A stretch of DNA of 64,000 nt from assembly GCA_002269645.1 (NCBI GenBank), contig NIVC01000337.1:1-64000 (forward strand). The letters are read 5' to 3'. Made by a program: the position numbers and the translations under genes. Below, piece by piece: positions 46,401-58,150 of this stretch (position 1 is the stretch's first letter; each line of letters starts with the position of its first letter). The notes beneath the pieces are model-generated. The model ran no database searches. It was not told the origin of the DNA and saw only the letters and a program-made list of their open reading frames with translations. The DNA is from Macrostomum lignano (lineage: Eukaryota).

Positions 46401-49400
46401 ACAGTTTAAAGCTCAACAAGTAGCAAGACTTGAGACTAATTTACAGTAGCAAGAACAGGCAATCAGCCAAGTTGGTGGCTCTCTGGCCAGATCCCGTCTA
46501 TTTATACTATTTTAAGACTTGATCAATATTAATTTTGATATATGCAGTATTAAAACAAATAGGGCTAAAATTAGTTTTCAGATTAAAAATACATACAAAT
46601 TTTACATGAATATTATTATTAAACGTTAGAAGATTAAAACAAATAATATGTGAATATTATTCTTGAGTGATTAAACTCGAAATTATTATTGACAAATTTA
46701 TTTACAAAAACTATTATTATTACTATTAGTAGCATTAAGCGCTTGCACAATATTTTGGAAAAAGTGTACAGTATAACAAAAAAGCATTTTTCTTAGATTT
46801 ATGCAGATTTGAAAATAATAGTTTTTGTAGAATAATTGTGTAAAAAAAAAGAGGCCTACCTCAAAAAGAAATATGATTTTGTCATATATGCCAAAATTTC
46901 AAAATTATGCAACTTTACTTTTGTATTATAACAAAAAAGACCTTTTCTACTGTTATGCTCAACATTTATATTTAAATTATAACAAAATAAGTGTCCTAGT
47001 TATTACTCCTTTAAAAACTTGCAATTACATAAAGTTCTAATACCTAATTTTTTTGAATGGCATGATCATGTTCAGTTAATTTTTTTATTTTTTATTTGTA
47101 GTTTTTTCACTTTTTAACTATATATCTCTTTCTTTGAAATGTTTGACTTTTGTTATAGAATCTAGAAGAGACTTGCATCTATTTTCAAGTTGCTTCTTAT
47201 AACAGGCCCTTACTTTTTGTATGCCAAATATAACTATAAGGTTCAAGCCATATTGCAGAAGGAGGGGTGTATGCCGGAAAATTCTGGAAAACTTGAGTTT
47301 TGTAGTGTATACCAACGTACATTTCTGGGCTATATACAGTGTTGCATATACAATTGGCGTACAAATTAATATAAATAATTTTTTGTACATTTTCTATGTA
47401 AAGTTATCTCAAAAACCTTTTTTTGCTACTATTTTCTCATTTACTAATCATTTTAATTACCAGAATTGTCATAACAATTGTCATGTCATTATCAATTTTT
47501 TGAAATTTAAATTTAAATTTAAATATTTTTCAATTTTTTTACTATTTTTTAAGTTGGCATACATTTAAAATTTGTTGGTGTACAGTTGAAAATTCAATTA
47601 AAATGTGTCCAGCGTACATAGAAAACCTTCCACAATATGGGGTTCAAGCATGCTAAATATATACGGCGAAATCCAAAAACATAAGATAAAACAGTAAAAC
47701 AAATCTGTGGACATTCGATAGAAAGTAATGTATCTAAAAAAGGTTTTTTGAAAGATAGATAGGTCTTTAGAAAATAGTTCTGGATAAAAACTATTGTTTT
47801 CATGCTTTATATTGTTGAATAAATAAGAAAAAACCACAAAAAAGTATTTTGAAAGTCCGAGTTGACCAATTTGCAATTTTTTGTTTTACTTTTTTTCATT
47901 ATTAAACAATTAATTTTAAGACTTGTAGGCCTTAGAGAAGGCTAATTTTTTTACTACTTACAAAACAGAAAGTAATCTATGTTTTACTTTTTATTCAATT
48001 CAAAAAGATGAAGTATTTCTAAGGATTTCAAAGTTTTTCTAAAACCATATAAACTCACAAAAATTCATACTAATATAAAGTGCAAAGTTTGCCAGCAAAC
48101 ATCTTTCTCTAAAAGTAAATATATCGCTAATTCCTTGTTGCAAAATAATCTTTAAGTTGTTTTCTTTCATTTAAATATCAACTTGCATAGTATTAGTATT
48201 TGTAATATGCCTATATTTAGACTTAAAAATTTTGGGTAAAAAAATGGTACCACAAAATGTGAACCCGGTATCCTAATCAGATGCTTACTGTATGCTCATT
48301 AAGCAATGAAGAACAATGAAATTACACTAAAACATGTATCATTGTGGCGTGTATGCAGGAAAAAGGAATTTTCCAAATTGCTTTAGTAGAAGCTGAGTAA
48401 AATGCAATTTTCCAATCCTTATGGGAATTCCAATGTGTTACCCGGCTTCCAAATCAGATGCTTACTGTATGCTTATTAAGCGACGAAGAACAATGAAATT
48501 ACACTAAAACATGTATCATTGCGGCGTGTATGCAGGAAAAAAATAATTTTCCAAATCGCTTTAGTAGAAGCTGAGTAAAATGCAATTTTCCAATCCTTGT
48601 GGAAATTCCAATGTGTTACCCGGCTTCCAAATCAGATGCTTACTGTATGCTTATTAAGCGACGAAGAATAATGAAATTACACTAAAACATGTATCATTGC
48701 AGCGTGTATGTAGTAAAAAAAGAATTTTCCAAATCGATTTAGTAGAAGCTGAGTAAAATGCAATTTTCCAATCCTTATGGGAATTCCAATGTGTTACCCG
48801 GCTTCCAAATCAGATGCTTACTGTATGCTATTAAGTGACGAAGAACAATGAAATTACATTAAAACATATATCATTGTGGCGTGTATGCAGGAAAAAAAGA
48901 ATTTTCCAAATTGCTTTAGTAGAAGCTGAGTAAAATGCAATTTTCCAATCCTTATGGGAATTCCAATGTGTTACTCGGCTTCCAAATCAGATGCTTACTG
49001 TATGCTTATTAAGTGACGAAGAACAATGAAATTACACTAAAACATGTATCATTGCGGCGTGTATGCAGGAAAAAAAGAATTTTCCAAATCGCTTCAGTAG
49101 AAGCTGAGTAAAATACAATTTTCCAATCCTTATGGGAATTTGCATGTTTAAATAATAAACTTACGTTGAATACAATTTATTGCAAATGAACTCTACAAAA
49201 TACACGTTGTCAAGAGTAACGAAAGTGATAAACAAATAAACCCTTGAAAATAATGTTAATAATGTTGTAGAATAATAAAGTGTAACATTATAAGATAGTT
49301 AAAGTTAATAAAATACATTATTATAGCTTTTCTATCATTTTCATTAGACTCATTTTAGGTTGTAATTAAACTTACCATTTTAACAAATCATTTTATTAAA

Positions 49401-51239
49401 AATAAACAGTGTTGGGCACTTCCGTTACCGAGTAACTTGTAAATGGTAACGCAAGTTACTTTTTCGTAAAGCGTTCCTTACGCAAGTTACTTTCCTATTT
49501 TGGTAACGGAGTAACGGTAAGTTACTCAAATTTCGGAAGTCCGTTACAGTTACTTTGCAACAATCGCAATATTTAAATTTAAAACTGATATGCTTAGCTA
49601 TTACGCCAGTTGTCACATTTTTAGCATTTTTCATTCTTAAATTCAAAACTAAGTGAATAATATCATACGGTATTACGCTGTAATTAATAAAGAAATACTT
49701 GAAACATGTTTTTACTTTGTTATTTTCGGTAAAATATTTTTGCTTTTCGTTTTTAAGTTAATAAAAATATTTTGTTTAGTTCTTAGAAACAAACAACCAA
49801 AGAAAGAAATTCATCTGTAGTCTCCACAAATCCACTCAGTGATCGACGTAGCCAGGAATTTTAATTGGGGGGGGGGGGGGCGGGTTGGCCTGGCTGGCCA
49901 TGCCTCATGCACCCGCCACGCCCAACCCCACCCCCCTGGTGGGGTGTCTTGCAGGTGGGGTGAAGTTGCCGCCCCAACGATTGTTAAGGCGGCCTCCCTG
50001 GCTACACCACTAAAGTCCACTGGCACTGCACTGCACTGCACAATAATTTAATATTAATGAATTGAAAAATAATTGAAAAAATTGAAAAAAATTTCAAATA
50101 ATTGAAAATAAAAAGACTAGTAAAGCAGACTGTAGTGTGGAGTAAAGCCAGGTACTTATTACGAGCGATGTATTATCAAGGACAACTGAAGTTACGTTAA
50201 GTTGTCCTTGTGTATTATAACTTATAATGTTATTAAAAATTAAATTGCGTTTTGCCTTTAACGTTTCTGACCTTCAGCTTCTCTTCTTTTTACGGAAAGG
50301 GCCTAAAGTGATTAAAATTTAATACAGTTACTGAAATTAATTTTGTTGTATTTTTCCTTCTGGCTTTCGCGATCATTTGTGCTGTTCCAGCACATTTGCA
50401 ATGTTAAAAAAGCAGAAAATTTTGTTTATAACATAGGTAACGGAAGTAAGTAACGGAAGTAACTTAAAAGTTACCGGGTTTTTGTTCAAAGTTACTAGGC
50501 TAACGTAAGTTACTTTTTAAAAAGTGGTAACTTAAGTTACAGTAACGCAAGTTACTTTTTTTGAGTAACTTGCCCAACACTGAAAATAAAGCTATACGAA
50601 AATAATTTGTGCTTTAATAGACTTTTTTACTTTTTAAAAACTTGAATAATTTTATTTTATAGCTTTATTGCTTTCAAATTGCCAAAAAAACAAATTTTCA
50701 TAAAACTTGCCCCCGATTTTTGGATTTCCCCATACACTAATGAACTATGAAGGGCTAATGCATGCCAGAAAATTCAGGCATACAGGGCACCTTTCTGACT
50801 ATGGTAAACCTGCCCTATAAAGAATTTCTAATCAACTAATATTGAAAATGTTTTTTCTTGACTTATACATAATACAAGATACTTTTTTAAAATAAGGAAA
50901 AAATCTTTGAAATTTTAAAAATATATAAAAATACATTATAGGGCCACCTATTTTTCTATGTACACTTGCTATAATGCTATAGGCCTAATATTACTCACAC
51001 TCAATCACAATATACTAAATCTCTAAGATCTTATAATGCAAAATTTAATCCTGTAAAGCAATTTAGTGAAAAATGTTTAAAAAAATTATTATACAATAAT
51101 AAATTTACTATTAGCAAGCAAGCTAAATATTATTAGGTGGAAACAAATAAGTTTGAATTAATTGAATAATAAACTTACTAAGCCACATTTCCAGCTCTTC
51201 ATCTCCTTTACTTTTAATAGATGAGACAGCTGTAGCCAT
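34441..51239 (-). CDS. GGA: GGA clathrin adaptor (VHS-GAT-hinge-GAE)
   Basis: Coding exons 51239-51179 (MATAVSSIKSKGDEELEMWL), 39308-39073 (NRATDPTN...GKFRFLNE), 38673-38393 (IIKILSPKYLG...AYDMLKKQG), 38004-36832 (KRPEDLMAANRLIK, GAT plus hinge), 36053-35852 and 34710-34441 (GAE, PSGTSLPA...ITQCLL). All introns are GT-AG with consistent phase. Confidence 0.92.
34815..35575. repeat. 25/26-bp minisatellite, GGA intron 5
   Basis: Unit CATGACTTGGGATTTGAAGGCCTAT(C). Confidence 0.95.
36093..36817. repeat. 20-bp minisatellite, GGA intron 4
   Basis: Unit GGAAATGGCATCCCTATCTC. Confidence 0.95.
38060..38320. repeat. About 36-41-bp minisatellite, GGA intron 3
   Basis: Unit core GGATGCTCCTTCTAAATCCCTGATCCCC. 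Confidence 0.85.
38706..39050. repeat. 24-bp minisatellite, GGA intron 2
   Basis: Unit GAGATAGTGGCACTCAGTG(C/T)AG(T/G)G. Confidence 0.92.
40207..44478. repeat. 36-bp minisatellite split in two (40207-40466 and 44267-44478) by a transposon
   Basis: Unit TATAGCATTTAACCAATATTAATAGAAATGTTAACC on both sides of the insertion. Confidence 0.92.
40467..44266. mobile_element. 3.8-kb non-autonomous TIR DNA transposon (Sola2-like by termini)
   Basis: 14-bp perfect TIR GGGTCGTTCTCAAA; 4-bp TSD TAGC (40463-40466, 44267-44270). No intact transposase ORF seen. The superfamily call is inferred from GRG termini plus the 4-bp TSD. Confidence 0.8.
45763..46117. repeat. 24-bp minisatellite
   Basis: Unit TTGGTAGCATTCTTAGTATATGTA, about 15 copies. 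Confidence 0.95.
48265..49140. repeat. 177-178-bp tandem satellite, 5 copies
   Basis: CAGATGCTTACTG recurs at 48278, 48455, 48633, 48811 and 48988. Confidence 0.93.
49407..50582. mobile_element. hAT-type MITE (1176 bp)
   Basis: 12-bp TIR CAGTGTTGGGCA; 8-bp TSD AAAATAAA (49399-49406, 50583-50590); clustered subterminal GTAAC/GTTAC motifs. Confidence 0.88.
49837..50012. mobile_element. Small degenerate MITE nested in the hAT MITE
   Basis: Inverted ends CAGTG..CGTAGCCAGG / CCTGGCTACACCACTA around a GC-rich core with a poly-G run. Confidence 0.45.
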
Positions 51240-53021
51240 GACAAGAAGCTTTGGTTGACTTTAACAGAAGTTTAGGCTGTATTAATATAGTTACGTTTTT
51301 ACAGTCTACACAGGCTTTCAAACAATAGTGGTTTTTATGATCATAATCAAATATAGTTTAATTTAACTGAAATAAAGAACCTTCTTGCAAACTGAGTTTG
51401 ACAATGACAAAAAATGACGGATTAGATGTTTATTAAGACAGTTTAGTCAACTTTCACACCTTTCAAAGATAACACAAGTTAAAAATTAAAACTATAAAAT
51501 AATTTGTTTCTATTAAGTAACCGACCGAGTCTTTAATATTATCAAATAACTTTCAATTGAAAATTTAATACAACAGCCTACCCTGATGAATTACTTCTTC
51601 GGCGTTTTTCTGGAAATCATTATTTTAAACTGACACGTAGGAAGTATGCTGATAAAAACAATTTAGCTGTAGAAAGAATGGGCATTGTAATCCTACATTT
51701 ACTTGTCAGTCTGAATCCTTTTTATGCTGGTTTTCATTACAAAATTTTGATTTTCTGGTACAGAATAGCTATTATTTTTGTACACGTTTCGCGGAACAGT
51801 ATATAGCTCACTTGTTGAAGGCGTTAATCGAGGGACGGCAGCGAAAGATAATTTGCATCGAAGCTGGGTAACGGAGCATTATTGAAGACTGTGACGCCAG
51901 GAAAATGGACGGAACGGCACCACATACACTCCATGAGTGTAAATTTAATAAAACACACGACGCAATGCTTTGCACATGCATGTAGCTCGATGTAATTGGG
52001 CCTTGACGGACATGTAAGACTCGGCCCGAAAGCAGGGTTAGATGAGTACTGACCCACCAAAATTCTCCGCCCCTCGAATTTAGCTGCAGCTTTCTCCGCG
52101 GGTTTGAAGGTTAAGAAGATTGAGAACGCGTGGATAGCCAAACATGACCCACCAGAAAGTCGCAGCTCAGTGCGACAGTACGTATTGAAACATTCATCAG
52201 ATTTCCGTAGTATAATTATTCTATCATTTTTGAAGTATGATCCCTAAGGTAAATTTGGAGGACTCGCGAACTCAAAATGCTGAAGGACAATTGTCGTCAC
52301 TTTAACTCGGGAGTTTATTATATATATGCTGCTGCTGCATATAGGCCTAGTCATATGGCGATTTTTTCGGGTCCTGTAAACGCGCATGGTTTTACCAGAT
52401 TTTTTATGCATCAGATGTGCATTATGCTGGAATATTGGCTACGAAGATACTTACTCAACCAGAATTCAAAATAATGTCCCAACTCTGACATTGTCAAGCC
52501 GCAAAGTATGTATGCAAAAAGACATTAAAAGGTTCGGACGGAAACAGCTGAGGTCTCGGACGGCTAAAGGTCGTGCCGCTGAACTCTCAAATCGTAAAAA
52601 ATTCGCGAAATTCAAAAAACCGGCAAGCAAGCAAAGTTCCAGCGAAAGGTTTGCTGTTTCTGACTCCTTAAACTCTTCGAAGTTACACGTACATCGCAAA
52701 TACTGTATTTCAATTGCAATCAGTCATTTATCTTAATACCAGTCCGAGTAATAGCATTACCTCGTGCTTCTTATATAGTACGGGATTTTTTGCTGGAGGC
52801 GGTGTTCGGTGCAGTTTCAGTTCAGACTAAATTTAGCTACTCCATCATATGTCCTATTTCAAGCCGGTGACAATCATTTTACAAGTGCACTGGAAGATTT
52901 TCCAACCATATGGGCTCCTGTTCCTTTAAACAATTGAGTCCAACCATTTCTCCTGCCATAATAACAAAGTGGACTTCATATTGCTGCCTTCTGTGTTGCC
53001 TGCCTGCCAGCAGGTGAATTC

Positions 53022-53594
<573 letters not shown>

Positions 53595-54006
53595 AAACGA
53601 ACTTTTATTTAGTTACTTTTGGTGGGACAGAAGCGGATATATTTAAATAGAAAGCACCAACAGAATAGAATAAGTGATGCTGATTTCACTCCAATAAATA
53701 TGCTCATAAAAGTTTCAGTTATTACAAAACAGAATCGGAATGCAGTTTAATGTGAGATCCGAGCGTAAATAAAAGAAATCGTGTTTAAATAAAATTTCAT
53801 AAAAGTTTCTGCCAGAAACATGAAGACACAATTGTGAGAGTTGCGATTCACAGTATGATTTTTTGCCGTTTAATAAAATGTAACAACGCGAGATGAGGAC
53901 AATAGTCAGTCACTGATAATTTTGTTTTTCGCAACCGATATAAAGAATGGGATTATTAAAAAGCATCTTCAGACATTAACACTGATAATTGAACTGTGAC
54001 AAAAAT

Positions 54007-54695
54007 TCACACCCGCAGCATCATCTGCATCGTATACGGAGGGCCTTGTAGTCTCCAATGATAGTCGAGGCCTTGTAGGCGGCACCGGACGCCTGCGTGG
54101 CTGAGTGCACGCCGTTCAGGTTGGATTTCATGCAGCTTCCCCACCAGCAGCCGCCCCTGCCATACCCGGTGCTGCAGCTTGAGGAGGAATAAGCGTCGTT
54201 GTCCCTGTTGAAGGTGGAGAACTGATAGCCTCTCGAGCCCCGGCCAAGAAGTCGGAGGTGAAGGTGGAGCTGTTGCTCCCAAAGCTCTTGTTGGCGTTGA
54301 GTAAGCTGCCGCAGTTCATCCTGTAGTTCTTGCTGCAGTTCCCGACCGTGAAGCTGAGATACTCGAACGCGTAGGACTCTCCTTCGAAGGTCTGGGCCTC
54401 GATTCGCAGGTTTCTAGGGCTATTCGCACTCACATCGTGGATGTTATCGAGTCCTGCAATTGGCATGGTCAAAAACTTACATACTCGCCAAGTTGAGCAC
54501 ACACACAGACAATGTTTTACACCTAGCACTGCATGGGATGCTCACCAGCCCAGAACTCTGTGGCATTCCCGAAGCCGCGGACGTAGTCATCCCAGCTCCT
54601 GTTGAAGGCGATTTGACCCCTCTGTCTCTGCTGGAACACCCAGAATGTCCGGCCGCCGATCTGCCGCAGGTATCCGAAACTCATGGCCGAAAAAT
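54007..54695 (-). pseudogene. Fibrinogen-related domain (FReD) gene with two apparent frameshifts
   Basis: Exons 54695-54546 (WVFQQR...FNRSWDDYVRGFG..EFWAG) and 54453-54007 (LDNIH...FSTFNRDND...C...GGCWWGSCMKSNLNG...MMLRV). Frameshifts at the G-run near 54240 and near 54035. Confidence 0.8.
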
Positions 54696-55519
54696 CTGGA
54701 GTGGCTGGAGCAGTGTGCATTATTTTACTTGGGCAGCAAGAAGCAAAAGTGTTCAATCAGCAAATGAAATCGGTGAATTTTTTTCATTTTTAATTTTTAA
54801 TTTTTAATTTTTTCAGCCAACTGCATGGGCCAAATTCATGGAATTTGCGGAACTTGCAACAATTAAGTTCCTAGCAACGTAGCGACAGCCACCTCAGCAT
54901 GAGCGCCATCACTTCATACAGGCAACAATGGCTTTTCATCTATCTTCTAGAACTGACTGGTACAGGGACTGCTGTTATAATTCAAAATTCTGTAATTGCC
55001 TTTCAATCTCGACAGACAGAAAATCGATTTCAAAATTATCGATAAATAATTGATTTCGATTGCCAAATAATTGAGAAAAACTACGTACTTTGGACTGAGG
55101 TTGGTGTTTAGAAGGGTCACCGTCCCTAGTAAAGGGTTCTTATTCACAGTGAGTCATGATAAAGGCCATGATAAAGGTTGGTGCGTTACCCTCGAAGGGG
55201 CGTGGTACCCACCCTACCGCTCCACCTGACCGGGCTGGACTCTCAAGGATGGCCCGACCCAGGAAAGGAACAGCTAGCGACCCAGCTACAGTGTGAATGT
55301 AGTAAAGTTGAAAAAAGTGTTTAAAAAACACTGTATGAAAAATGTAATGTTAAAACTGCTCACAAAGTATTACTCAAAGTAACACTTCAGCTTTATTGCC
55401 TAGTCAATACAATAATGAAATTAACAAAAAGGCTCAAATTTCATTTCCTACTGTGAGAAAAAGCACAGTTCAAGGAGCAGACCACACCGAATAGCTGGAT
55501 AGCAATGAGTTCAATAACT

Positions 55520-55810
55520 TCAACCCTTTTCCTGCGGTCTCCGCCCTTCTTCTTGCTGTTTCCGCCATTGTTCCTGCGTCGTCCGCCATTGTTCGTGGGT
55601 TGTCCGCCATTGTTCCTGCGTTTTCCGCCATTGTTCCTGCGTTGTCCGCCATTGTTCCAGTGGTCTCCGCCCTTGTTCCAGTGGTCTCCGCCCTTGTTCC
55701 AGCGTTGTCCATCCGTTACTGGAGCCATCAGGCAGACTGGAAGCCGCGATGGCGCACAGAAGCACCGCAGTGGCCGCAAGAAGAAGACGCCTGGATGAGT
55801 TTGTCGCCAT
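55520..55810 (-). pseudogene. Paralogue of the GGDRWNK secreted repeat gene, frameshifted by an 11-nt deletion
   Basis: Same signal peptide (MATNSSRRLLLAATAVLLCAIAASSLP); lacks CTCCACGAAGG after the signal region. About 9 diverged 21-bp units read GGDHWNK/GGQRRNN in the original frame. Confidence 0.7.
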
Positions 55811-55885
55811 TCTGTTTGCTTGAAGCAGATTGGTTGGTCAGCTAGCAAAACGCTATTTGAGAGTTTTGGGTAATGAGGTATAGCG

Positions 55886-55905
55886 CGGTTATTTATGCGG
55901 AATTT
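55886..55905 (-). promoter_or_regulatory. Conserved TATA-like promoter element of the left paralogue
   Basis: Exact reverse complement of AAATTCCGCATAAATAACCG (62882-62901), about 80 bp upstream of the ATG. Confidence 0.5.
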
Positions 55906-55979
55906 AAAGATACAGTAGGTTGATTACGCAACCGCCGCGGAAATTCTCCGGCGATTGAAATATAAAAGTTTTCAAATGT

Positions 55980-56744
55980 GAGGGAGGTCAGTGTGAGGGA
56001 GGTCAGTGTGAGGGAGGTCAGAGTGAGGGAGGTCAGTGTGATGGAGGTCAGTGGGAGGGAGGTCAGAGGGAGGGAGGTCAGAGTGAGGGAGGTCAGTGTG
56101 ATGGAGGTCAGTGTGAGGGAGGTCAGAGTGAGGGAGGTCTGTGTGATGGAGGTCAGTGGGAGGGAGGTCAGAGGGAGGGAGGTCAGAGTGAGGGAGGTCA
56201 GTGGAAGGGAGGTCAGTGTGATGGAGGTCAGTGTGAGGGAGGTCAGTGTGAGGAAGGTCAGAGTGAGGGAGGTCAGTGTGATGGAGGTCAGTGGGAGGGA
56301 GGTCAGTGTGAGGGAGGTCAGTGTGAGGGAGGTCAGAGTGAGGGAGGTCAGTGTGAGGGAGGTCAGAGTGAGGGAGGTCAGTGTGATGGAGGTCAGTGTG
56401 AGGAAGGTCAGAGTGTGGGAGGTCAGTGTGATGGAGGTCAGTGGGAGGGAGGTCAGAGGGAGGGAGGTCAGAGTGAGGGAGGTCAGTGGGAGGGAGGTCA
56501 GTGTGATGGAGGTCAGTGTGAGGAAGGTCAGAGTGAGGGAGGTCAGTGTGATGGAGGTCAGTGGGAGGGAGGTCAGAGGGAGGGAGGTCAGAGTGAGGGA
56601 GGTCAGTGGGAGGGAGTTCAGAGTGAGGAAGGTCAGTGTGAGGGAGGTCAGTGTGATGGAGGTCAGTGGGAGGGAGGTCAGAGGGAGGGAGGTCAGTGTG
56701 ATGGAGGTCAGTGGGAGGGAGGTCAGTGGGAGGGAGGTCAGTGT
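55980..56744. repeat. 15-bp minisatellite
   Basis: Unit GAGGGAGGTCAG(A/T)G(T/G); inverted counterpart at 62152-62520. Confidence 0.95.
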
Positions 56745-58150
56745 TATTAATCCATATCATGTCAGCAATACCCATGAGTCTAGATTCCTTGGCAACGCCC
56801 TTATAAGTATTTTACTGCCACTGCTCATTTTTGTCGTATACAGTGCGAAAAACTGATTTGAGCGAGTTGTTCGCGTATATTGGAACCTACTTACATGTAG
56901 TTAATCGATGTGCAGGAAGTTTTATATCCATGTACAGACTCTTTTTTCGCTCCAAGCTTTGCATAAAATTATAAGTACGCTTTGTCAATCCGGCGAATTT
57001 CTTGTCAATGTTTTTGCCTTGATTGTATTGCAAACATTCTGACACTAGGTGGTTCCCTGACGTTTCCAAAAGTTAAAGGCTGGATGATTCACGAATAATT
57101 AAGAAATATGGAATATGCGTTTGTAACTAATTTACAGTTGAAACTCTTTCGTGTATTTTACAAGATGAATTGTGTAAATATGAATATGTACTCGTATCCA
57201 TGCAAATGGTATGCATTTTGCAAACCAAGAATCAGCACGTGAAGTTGACTGGGTTGCGAATTAGTGTTCTAATGTGCATATGAATGACAACCGATACAAT
57301 CACGATTGTCTCAACGAATCCATTCATTGTTTCTCTGAATATTCAACTTCTATAACAAAAGCATCAGAAGCATACAAAAAAGCTTTAAATTATAACAAAA
57401 CTGATGTCTGCAGTGTACAAATAGAGTGAGTTAATAATTAGTGCATTCAAATCTTATCGCAATTCAGAAATTAATGCGCAGAGAATTATGGCTCATATTA
57501 TTGATTAATTTTTTGGTCCGTCAACTACTTTTAGTAGTTTATTGGGCTATATAATCGATCAAAGGCGCTAATAGCTATCTGTATACTGTATAGGAGCTCG
57601 TTAGAGTTCATTTGGCAGAGAAAGCGCACTGCGCGGTTCAATTATCACGCGTGGTGTACCTTCCCTGCAGCCTATTTCTCGTGCAAATTCTGCACCGCAA
57701 TCGTACATGTACTTCACAGCATTCAGCTAGTACACTGCAATTCGTGCATCCAGTACAATCGCAATGCAACCGCATTGGTTCCACACACGCTGGCATCCGG
57801 TATACGCCAGCACAACAATTGGTTCCACAGGTATCACAAAGAACAGACTACTCAGAAGTGCCTCTTCTTCGGGCACATTCTCGGGTAAGCCCTGCTCACC
57901 AGATCTCCACACTGGGTCAAGGTCACATCAGGGACTACTCAATAACTAGTTTTTGAGTAGTCCCTGGGTCACTTGCCACTCTAAATAGCAAACTGCCTCT
58001 CCCTGTATCCTAAGCTGAAGTGCGAGTTCGACACAGCAGCCCGGCACTGCATTTTGCTAATCCTGCCTCACATCGGGATGCTGCAAACAGCACCATCATC
58101 ATAGCAGCAACAGGCACTCCAGCCAATCAGAGCAGGCAGCCGAATATCAG

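Noticed and set aside
44800-46500. Degenerate ~780-bp duplication with PBS-like TGGTGGCAGC motifs on the minus strand, suggesting an LTR element
   Set aside because: No LTR pair, TSD or recognisable protein motif could be established.
55972-56856. PHSDL/EVRVR repeat ORFs, and the equivalents at 62059-62439
   Set aside because: 15-bp minisatellite open in several frames; no signal peptide, splice or codon evidence.
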